Assembly (NCBI GenBank): GCA_021772095.1
Contig: JADYXR010000001.1
Coordinates: forward strand, 10,786 to 74,785
Direction: 5' to 3'
DNA length: 64,000 nucleotides
Source of the DNA: Candidatus Obscuribacter sp.
GTDB taxonomy: Bacteria; Cyanobacteriota; Vampirovibrionia; Obscuribacterales; Obscuribacteraceae
In this document: piece by piece, positions 57,162-64,000 of the stretch
Layout: each line of letters starts with the position of its first letter
Position numbering within the stretch: position 1 is the stretch's first letter
Program-made: the position numbers and the translations under genes
Notes under the pieces: model-generated
The model's input: only the letters and a program-made list of their open reading frames with translations
Told to the model about the DNA's origin: nothing
The model's database searches: none

Positions 57162-58169
57162 TTACATGCTGGCTTCGGGCATGCGAAGCTCTTCGGCAAG
57201 TTCGATTTTCAGTTCGTCACCAGGACGTACTTCGACTTTTTTGCCTTTCTTGGCAAGAAGAATTGCTACGCCAACCGCCAGTCCAACGCCTGCTCCAATC
57301 AACGCGGCGCCGCCTTTGGTGATTTTGCTGTTGTCGTTGTTGTTGTTGTTGCCGACGCCGTTGTTATTGTTATTGCTTCCGGAATTGCCAGCCAGATAAC
57401 CGATACCGAGACCGGCTAACAGAGGCAATGAAACTGCACCGGTATCAAACGCCACATCTTTCAATCCACGTCGAGCGTGCACTACGCCGCCACGTGCCAC
57501 CAGATTGGCGACAATTGGAATAGAACGTTGATCGGGTGTGGTTATCGAGTCAAACTTCATTCCGACAGAACCCGAACGGTTGAGCGCTCTTGGCGAGTTC
57601 AACTGAGCGATTCTTCCTTTGATAATCGATCCGGCAGGCACAACGGTTGAGCCGTCAATGCTCAAGTCTTCGGAAGTTCTGGCAGCGAATTCATCGCCTT
57701 CCTGACTGGTATCGGAGTCAACCGCGGTATCCATAATGATTGGAATTTTGGTACCGGTCGGTACTACTTTTACGTAACCTTTTAATACTTTGCTCGAGGC
57801 AGTCGTCGTCTTATCTTCGCCACCACCGGTGGTACTAGTGCCGGCAGCATCTGTGGCTGTCGTCGTGGCATCACTTTCGGTGGCAGGCGTTTCTGCTTTT
57901 GCAGGGACTTTCGCTTCGTCCAATTGCGGACTTTCCGACTGCAGTGACGGTGTTATCGGAACAGAAAAATGATTATCGGATGAAGTCGAAGTCGAGCTGT
58001 CATCCGCGGAACTTGGCGCTTCGTCCGACGGTTCCTTAGCAGGACCTTCCGGATTGTAAATCTTGAAATTGAGTTGCGGTTCGTCACCAGCGATTGCAGG
58101 GGTGACGGTGCCTGCCAACATCAACAGGGAGAGTGACACAGCGATGAGCGAGTTACCGGTCCGAGACAT
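57162..58169 (-). CDS. Exported protein with a TrbI/VirB10-like beta domain
   Basis: Signal peptide; VPTGTKIPIIMDTAVDS..SQEGDEF...VVPAGSIIKGRI; Gly-zipper helices; poly-Asn tract. Confidence 0.65.
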   Translation of the reverse strand: MSRTGNSLIAVSLSLLMLAGTVTPAIAGDEPQLNFKIYNPEGPAKEPSDEAPSSADDSSTSTSSDNHFSVPITPSLQSESPQLDEAKVPAKAETPATESDATTTATDAAGTSTTGGGEDKTTTASSKVLKGYVKVVPTGTKIPIIMDTAVDSDTSQEGDEFAARTSEDLSIDGSTVVPAGSIIKGRIAQLNSPRALNRSGSVGMKFDSITTPDQRSIPIVANLVARGGVVHARRGLKDVAFDTGAVSLPLLAGLGIGYLAGNSGSNNNNNGVGNNNNNDNSKITKGGAALIGAGVGLAVGVAILLAKKGKKVEVRPGDELKIELAEELRMPEASM

Positions 58170-58490
58170 TGTGATTCTCCATTGGTTCTTGCGAACGTTA
58201 CCTGATACGGATTTTGAAAAAATCTCTATGATGACTGCGACTTCGGGTTAGCAGTCAAGTGGAGCAGCCAGTCTAACACGCCACTCCATAACCGAAATTA
58301 GCGATTGCTAGGAAATCTTTGAAACCGCCAGCGGACAGGAAAAAACTGTTACCGCAATGTTGCGATACTTCTCGAAGCCTGCCCAAGGGATTGCAATCCG
58401 GGTTAGCCAATCCCACTATAGTGAATTAAACTAAATACAGTGTAGGGAAAGCGACGCCACCGAGTTGAGGTCGCCTATGAGGTACTGCAA

Positions 58491-60524
58491 GTGATCCAAT
58501 GCCCAATCTGTCAGGTGCTCAACGAAGACGGCGCGCTCTTTTGCGCTGAGTGCGGTCAGAGATTTGCGCCCACCAGTTCTGCTCCGCAGCCACCGGCTCA
58601 GCAGCAGCAGCCGCAGCAACCGCCCCAGTTTTTCCCTCAGCAACCCAGCCAGAGCGACACCGCACCACCGGATCAAGACCCCAGCCGTCCTGCCAAGATC
58701 AAGCTCCGCTCACCGATGCTGGGCAGCTCCGATGACGATATGGACGGCTATGAGAAGCCCCAGATGAACAAGCTGAGAGGCACTGGCGGCCCGCGTCCGG
58801 AAGGGGAGTCGCAGCGCTCGACCGGTAAGAAACAACATTTGCGATCGCCGCTACTGGACGGAGACGACAGCGACAGCTACGATGACGACGAGGGCAGCCA
58901 ATCGCCTCCACGCGGCAAGTCGCGCGGCGGCTCACCGGATCACGATCCTCAAGAAAATACTATGCAAAAGAAAAAACGGCTGCGCTCGCCACTCTTAGGC
59001 GACGACGACGGCGACAGCAATGAAGACTTCACGCCAGAACCCGGACACCCGGGGGCAAAACGACCATTGCGCTCGCCTCTGCTCGGCGGCAGTGACGACA
59101 GCGCCCCACCGCGAGGTAGCTCGAAGAAAGGTTCTTTACGCTCACCTTTATTAGGTGGCTCCGATGACGATTTCGATGATGAAGCTGAAGAACCGCGTTC
59201 CAAGAAGGGCGGACTGCGTTCTCCTATGCTCGGAGGCGGCGGCGGCGGAGCAGAACATCATCCAGGCCCCAGACACAGAGGCGGTTTACACTCACCTTTA
59301 TTAGGTGATGCGGACGATTATCCCGACGACGAGGATGACGAACCACGACCACCGAAGCGCAACCAGACCGGTCCTGGCGGCAAGCCCAAATTGCGTTCGG
59401 CCTTGCTGGGCGGAGGCGGCGGATATGACGATGACGAGGATCTCGATGACGACTGGGATGACGAAGACGACGATAATCCGGACGTTCTAAGATCGCCTCT
59501 TTTGGCAGCAAAACGAAAGCGAAGGCCCAAACCACCGGCGCCGGCAGCCGCAACCGCTCCGGGACAAGGAGTATTCGGCAATCAGGATATGCCTCCTGGT
59601 GTGCAAATTCATAGGCCCGGCGGCGAACCGCATCAAGGGCAAAACGTCAATCCCGGCGCGCCTTCCCAACAATTTCCAGGACAACAACAGCCCTATCATC
59701 CATCCCAAGGTCAAACGGGACAAATTCAGCAAGCGCCAAGCGCCGCTTTCCCTGGTCCTAGCGAACCACAACCGCCATGGCAAGGCGTTGGAGCGCCGCC
59801 TCTTCCAGGATGGCCAGGAGAGTCCCAGCCTCAACCCGGTCAACCCTGGCCGCCGCCCGGACTGCCCAATCCAGGCATGCAAACACCAGGCTCGGTTCCG
59901 CCACTGCCGGTGGAGTCACTACCAACTTCGCCGCCATGGCAGAATCAGGCAGAACATCCGGCTGTCGGCGTGTTGAGAACAGCCGGCGCATCGCACGAAG
60001 TGCCACCAATTGTCGACGACAATGATGAATTTCAATTAGATATTTCGGAACCCACCGGCTTTTCGGTTCCCGCACCGGCACAGACTCCTGTAGCCGAAGC
60101 ACCACGACTGGTGCCGCCACAATCCCCGGCGCGCAGTCTCTCGGCACCATCAAAGAGCGATGATGACGAATCGGATCTCGATCAAATCGATCAAAAGCCC
60201 GAACGAAGAAATCGCGTCGAAAGGCGACGAAATGACAGACGTTTTTCCAACCTTATAGATGAAAAGCCAGGACAGAAATCCTTCGATGACGAAGACGACT
60301 ACTCAGTGGGTCGTCCGACTGCGCCGAGTGGTGCCAATGCCGGTCTGGGTAAAGCAATGTTTGCACTGGGTGCGCTTGCCCTCGGATTGAAGATCTGGTT
60401 CGTCATCCGCGCCGCCGGTATGTGGAATCTTGCTCAGATGCCGGAGTTCGTAGTCGAACAAGCATTCAGCGGATTAGCACTTGTCGGTCTGATAGTTTTG
60501 GCGCTAAGTAGTATGAAGAAATAG
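58491..60524 (+). CDS. Zn-ribbon, repeat-motif disordered region and two C-terminal TM helices
   Basis: CPIC...FCAECG; nine LRSPLLG-like motifs; P/Q-rich tract; two hydrophobic helices at the C-terminus. Confidence 0.85.
   Translation: MIQCPICQVLNEDGALFCAECGQRFAPTSSAPQPPAQQQQPQQPPQFFPQQPSQSDTAPPDQDPSRPAKIKLRSPMLGSSDDDMDGYEKPQMNKLRGTGGPRPEGESQRSTGKKQHLRSPLLDGDDSDSYDDDEGSQSPPRGKSRGGSPDHDPQENTMQKKKRLRSPLLGDDDGDSNEDFTPEPGHPGAKRPLRSPLLGGSDDSAPPRGSSKKGSLRSPLLGGSDDDFDDEAEEPRSKKGGLRSPMLGGGGGGAEHHPGPRHRGGLHSPLLGDADDYPDDEDDEPRPPKRNQTGPGGKPKLRSALLGGGGGYDDDEDLDDDWDDEDDDNPDVLRSPLLAAKRKRRPKPPAPAAATAPGQGVFGNQDMPPGVQIHRPGGEPHQGQNVNPGAPSQQFPGQQQPYHPSQGQTGQIQQAPSAAFPGPSEPQPPWQGVGAPPLPGWPGESQPQPGQPWPPPGLPNPGMQTPGSVPPLPVESLPTSPPWQNQAEHPAVGVLRTAGASHEVPPIVDDNDEFQLDISEPTGFSVPAPAQTPVAEAPRLVPPQSPARSLSAPSKSDDDESDLDQIDQKPERRNRVERRRNDRRFSNLIDEKPGQKSFDDEDDYSVGRPTAPSGANAGLGKAMFALGALALGLKIWFVIRAAGMWNLAQMPEFVVEQAFSGLALVGLIVLALSSMKK
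58704..59507 (+). repeat. Nine dispersed L[RH]S[PA][LM]L[GDA] peptide repeats
   Basis: LRSPMLG, LRSPLLD, LRSPLLG x3, LRSPMLG, LHSPLLG, LRSALLG, LRSPLLA. Confidence 0.9.
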
Positions 60525-60725
60525 GTGAGTAGTTTTTAACCAGCACCTCTGCGACAGGTCCTTCAGGCCTGCTCAGATTGACAAAAGGTAACTTTCAAAG
60601 AGATAGACGCGTGGTATAGTTGCCCTCGTTCTGAGGAACCTTTCTATCTTGCGCTGACTCTTCAGATCCTTGTTGCAGCCTCCTGCTGAGACGAACTAGT
60701 CAGCCACAACACAGGTACATATTGA

Positions 60726-62036
60726 ATGAGGAATCCACAAATCACGGCACGCCGTGTTCTGCTCCTTGGTTTTGGAGTAACTCTGCTCGCCACGACGAGC
60801 CTTCCGCCTGCTTACTCTATCTCGATAACAGGCTCCAAGAAACCATCTTCCTTTGATCTTCCCTGCGCAGACACGCTAGACGCTGATACTGCCAGTGATG
60901 CCTCCGAGACTCCGGCAAACAACCCTGATCTTGCACCAATGACATTGAGTGCACCACAGGCTGCTGCCACCACCGGCGCAACCACGACTTCACCGACCAG
61001 CCCGGAAGCTGAAGGCACTTTGAACGCCAGTGTCACCACTAATAGTTTCGTACCCAAAGGCCCGCTAGAAGGCGACAACAATGGCTTGCTCGCGCCTACC
61101 AGTGTGAAGGGCAGCAAGACCGGAAAAATCGCAAACCTTGGTAAAGCCAATCTGGTAGACCAGGCGAAATCAATCAGTATTACTCCATTACCACTCATGG
61201 ATTCTGACTCCGATAGTGAAAGAAAGCTGGATGAGAAGAGCGAAATTGAGCGCGAACAACTTACGGGACTTTGGGAATCGACACTGACTCGATCACCTAA
61301 AATCAATTACGTTATTCAAAAGCTCATGCCGAATTCAAACGGGTCCAAGACGACAACAATCTTGATGCGCACGTTGTCTACGGCGATGATGGGTGGACTC
61401 GGAACAGTAGGATTTATGGTTCCCGGCAGCGGCGGATACATGATCCAGAGTGGTGGCATGTCCATCATGAATCAACTTCTCAGTGTTACCGAAGGCTCTG
61501 CCGCCAAAAAGTCCAGAATTACTGAAGATCAACAGCTTGTTCTCTACAATATGATTACAGACACTGCTGCAGATCTAGTTGCTAGTTACAGAGACTATAA
61601 GGGCAAGCACAAGTCGCTTTTCCGTGCTAACGCCGATTTCGAGGATCTGAAGAATCTGGCTCCTGAAGCCAAGAAAGATGGCGCTAAAGTCATGGAAATT
61701 GACTATACGTTGAAGAAGCAACAACGCGATATTGAAGAAATAGGCGGACAGCTCAGCACCTTCAGACTTAAATTAATCGATTTGGCCGGTCCTGATGCAG
61801 TCGCAAAACTGGACAACAGCATCGACGAAGAATTCAAACGACTTCACCCGGAATTGGTTCCGGCAGTTGCAGCAGAGCAAACGAAAGAACAGCCGGCTGA
61901 AGCACCGAATGAGTCAGAAGTCGCCAACGAAAAAAACGATGAAGCTAAACTTGAGTCATCGACCACGAAAGTCGCCGACAAAACGAACGTGCACTCAACT
62001 GACGTGAAGAATCACTTCAAGTTACATCCGCTATAA
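60726..62036 (+). CDS. Hypothetical exported helical/coiled-coil protein
   Basis: 436-aa ORF with signal peptide, G/M-rich hydrophobic segment and helical C-domain. Confidence 0.8.
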   Translation: MRNPQITARRVLLLGFGVTLLATTSLPPAYSISITGSKKPSSFDLPCADTLDADTASDASETPANNPDLAPMTLSAPQAAATTGATTTSPTSPEAEGTLNASVTTNSFVPKGPLEGDNNGLLAPTSVKGSKTGKIANLGKANLVDQAKSISITPLPLMDSDSDSERKLDEKSEIEREQLTGLWESTLTRSPKINYVIQKLMPNSNGSKTTTILMRTLSTAMMGGLGTVGFMVPGSGGYMIQSGGMSIMNQLLSVTEGSAAKKSRITEDQQLVLYNMITDTAADLVASYRDYKGKHKSLFRANADFEDLKNLAPEAKKDGAKVMEIDYTLKKQQRDIEEIGGQLSTFRLKLIDLAGPDAVAKLDNSIDEEFKRLHPELVPAVAAEQTKEQPAEAPNESEVANEKNDEAKLESSTTKVADKTNVHSTDVKNHFKLHPL

Positions 62037-62051
62037 AAATAGCCAGGAACT

Positions 62052-63062
62052 ATGTCTACAGAAAAGAAGAATAACTGGATCGTGTGGCTGATTATTGGTC
62101 TATGCGTTCTTGCGATACCTGTTGGAATTTTCGGCAAACAGTCAAAGAAAACCGAAACTAGTGATACCACTGAGAGTGGCTGGGGTATGGCGTTTAAAGA
62201 TCGCATCAAAGTGATCAACTTAAGCGGCATGATCATGGACAGTGATGAGAAAAGCGTTTTCTCAATGACTGATTCAACTTCTTCGACAATTAAAAAACTG
62301 CGCAAAGCTAAAGACAACCCAAAAATCAAAGCGGTGCTCATCCGCATCAATTCTCCTGGTGGCACGGTCGCGACATCGCAAGAAATAAACGAAGCAGTAA
62401 CCGCTCTCAAAGCGGAAAAGCCTGTTTACTCGAGCATGGGTGACATCGCTGCTTCCGGCGGCTACTACGTGGCTTGCGCGACTGACAAAATCTACGCCAA
62501 CCCCGGAACATTGACCGGTTCTATAGGCGTGATCTTAAACGGTATGAATTTCAAAGGACTGGCCGACAAACTCGGTGTGCAACCACAGGTGGTGAAGTCC
62601 GGTTTATTCAAAGACATCGCGTCGCCTTACAGACCAATGACTGAAGAAGAACGCAAAATCCTCCAGGCTCTAATCGACGACTCCTACGATCAATTCGTAC
62701 ACGCGGTTTCCGCCGGTCGCAAGATGCCTCTCGAGCAAGTCAAAAAAATTGCAGACGGCAGAATTTATTCCGGACGACAAGCTAAAGCAAATGGTTTGGT
62801 AGATGAACTCGGTTCCTATCAATTAGCTCTCGACGGTCTGCAAGCGGCTTGCAAAGAAAAATACAAATTGAGCGCTGATCTGCCGGTCGATGACAAATCG
62901 ACATCGAGTCTTTTCGAAAGTCTTTTCGAATCACAACAGTCATCGTCATTGATTCCACAAATGCCACAAAGCACCAGCATGGAAGCGAACATCGCGCGCG
63001 AGTTGTTGCCTGTGTCGATGCAAGCGCGCTTTCGCAACCAACCATTGTGGTTGATGCAATAG
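62052..63062 (+). CDS. sppA: Signal peptide peptidase SppA (S49, short form)
   Basis: IRINSPGGTV, SMGDIAASGGYYVA, TLTGSIGVI, KSGLFKD, ADGRIYSG..A..GLVDELG. Confidence 0.95.
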   Translation: MSTEKKNNWIVWLIIGLCVLAIPVGIFGKQSKKTETSDTTESGWGMAFKDRIKVINLSGMIMDSDEKSVFSMTDSTSSTIKKLRKAKDNPKIKAVLIRINSPGGTVATSQEINEAVTALKAEKPVYSSMGDIAASGGYYVACATDKIYANPGTLTGSIGVILNGMNFKGLADKLGVQPQVVKSGLFKDIASPYRPMTEEERKILQALIDDSYDQFVHAVSAGRKMPLEQVKKIADGRIYSGRQAKANGLVDELGSYQLALDGLQAACKEKYKLSADLPVDDKSTSSLFESLFESQQSSSLIPQMPQSTSMEANIARELLPVSMQARFRNQPLWLMQ

Positions 63063-63122
63063 GTTTGAACGCCTGAATGCGAGCCTTATTCGGCGCTTGC
63101 ATAACTGAATTACGGAGCGAGC

Positions 63123-63770
63123 GTGGACGCCAGTACAACGATCAATTCTGAAGCAACTCAAACCTACGATGGTGAGAATCCGTCGTGGTCGGAGCTTTTC
63201 TATGGAATCTTGATGCATCCGATCACAACGTTCAAACGACTCGACGCTCTATGTGAAATCGGTTCGATTTATAAACTCTGCATGCAAGCCTTCAGCACTG
63301 TCTTTCTAAGCGCTTGCCTCCTCGGTCTGGCAAGAATCACGCCAACCGACGGCTTCGGTTCTTTCTTCGATTTGGTTTCCGCGCTGACCAACGAAATGAT
63401 GCTCTGGGTAATTGCGGCCTCAGTTCTGTCGCTGCTTTCAGCCGTAATTGCAGGAGCTCGCCCGACAAAATGGAAAAAAGCTCTCGTCCTCACTGGATGG
63501 AGCTTCGTTCCGCTCATCTTTTTTGCGCCCATCATATGTTTTAAAAACTCGCTTGGCGCAATGGTTTTGCCATTCATTGCCATACCTACGTGGTGGTCGT
63601 TATTCTTGCTGTTCTCGGCCTACAAAACCGCACTCGATATCAGCGCTCGAAAATTGTTGGTGCTGGTCGTCATCGTCCCGCCCGTTCTATTCCTCGCTTA
63701 CGCTTTCTGGAGCGGACTTTCCTTCTTCTTGATGCTGTCGGAAATACTCAGCGCGTTCAGTGCAAGGTAG
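63123..63770 (+). CDS. Yip1-like multi-pass membrane protein
   Basis: YGILMHPITTFKRL followed by about five TM helices; follows sppA. Confidence 0.7.
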   Translation: MDASTTINSEATQTYDGENPSWSELFYGILMHPITTFKRLDALCEIGSIYKLCMQAFSTVFLSACLLGLARITPTDGFGSFFDLVSALTNEMMLWVIAASVLSLLSAVIAGARPTKWKKALVLTGWSFVPLIFFAPIICFKNSLGAMVLPFIAIPTWWSLFLLFSAYKTALDISARKLLVLVVIVPPVLFLAYAFWSGLSFFLMLSEILSAFSAR

Positions 63771-63800
63771 ATCAAATGACTTACGCATCAACTGCAATCA

Positions 63801-64000
63801 ATGACTGAAATCGATTCAAAGCCAAACGTGATCGCGGTTGTCGGTCCGACAGCGTCCGGCAAGACGGCGCTGGCGCTGCAGTTGGCGGCTAAATTCGGTG
63901 GCGAGGTGATCGCCTGCGATTCGCGCACCGTATATCAATATATGGATATAGGAACAGCGAAACCATCCAGGGAAGAGCAGAACGAAATTCCTCACCACAT
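63801..64000 (+). CDS. miaA: tRNA dimethylallyltransferase, runs off the window end
   Basis: Not in the ORF track; translated by hand: [56 protein letters not shown]...IPHH. Confidence 0.95.
   Translation, partial: MTEIDSKPNVIAVVGPTASGKTALALQLAAKFGGEVIACDSRTVYQYMDIGTAKPSREEQNEIPHH

Noticed and set aside
1..64000. tRNA, rRNA, IS elements, prophage or defence island
   Set aside because: No cloverleaf, rRNA, transposase, integrase, phage structural or known defence motifs noticed by eye; tRNAscan-SE and HMM scans would be needed to exclude them fully.

Overview
Gene-dense bacterial chromosomal window (about 50% GC). It carries core genes (ftsZ, mtnA, uvrA, fur, rne, TIGR03960-type radical SAM, ymdB, ftsEX, DciA/DUF721, aroE, tonB-exbB-exbD, sppA, partial miaA) mixed with many lineage-specific secreted, TPR and low-complexity proteins. 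The Fur, RNase E and DUF445 proteins look cyanobacterial, yet no photosynthesis genes appear. This suggests a non-photosynthetic cyanobacterial relative such as Vampirovibrionia/Melainabacteria, Obscuribacterales-like (inference). I saw no tRNA, rRNA, CRISPR array, transposase or prophage. Strongest novelty candidates: (1) a membrane-anchored Zn-ribbon protein with nine copies of a short linear motif L[RH]S[PA][LM]L[GDA], conserved at protein level and set between basic and acidic tracts; (2) several disordered Q/P-rich proteins sharing [TS]G-centred motifs with a nearby Hanks kinase and the FtsZ linker; (3) three heavily structured intergenic RNA candidates (2615-2820, 32780-33020, 49131-49330), two with mutually exclusive pairings; (4) a giant LysM-like gene splitting a two-component pair; (5) a fur-feoA-Cys-rich unit with no adjacent feoB. 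All calls were made by eye, with no database searches or folding calculations.
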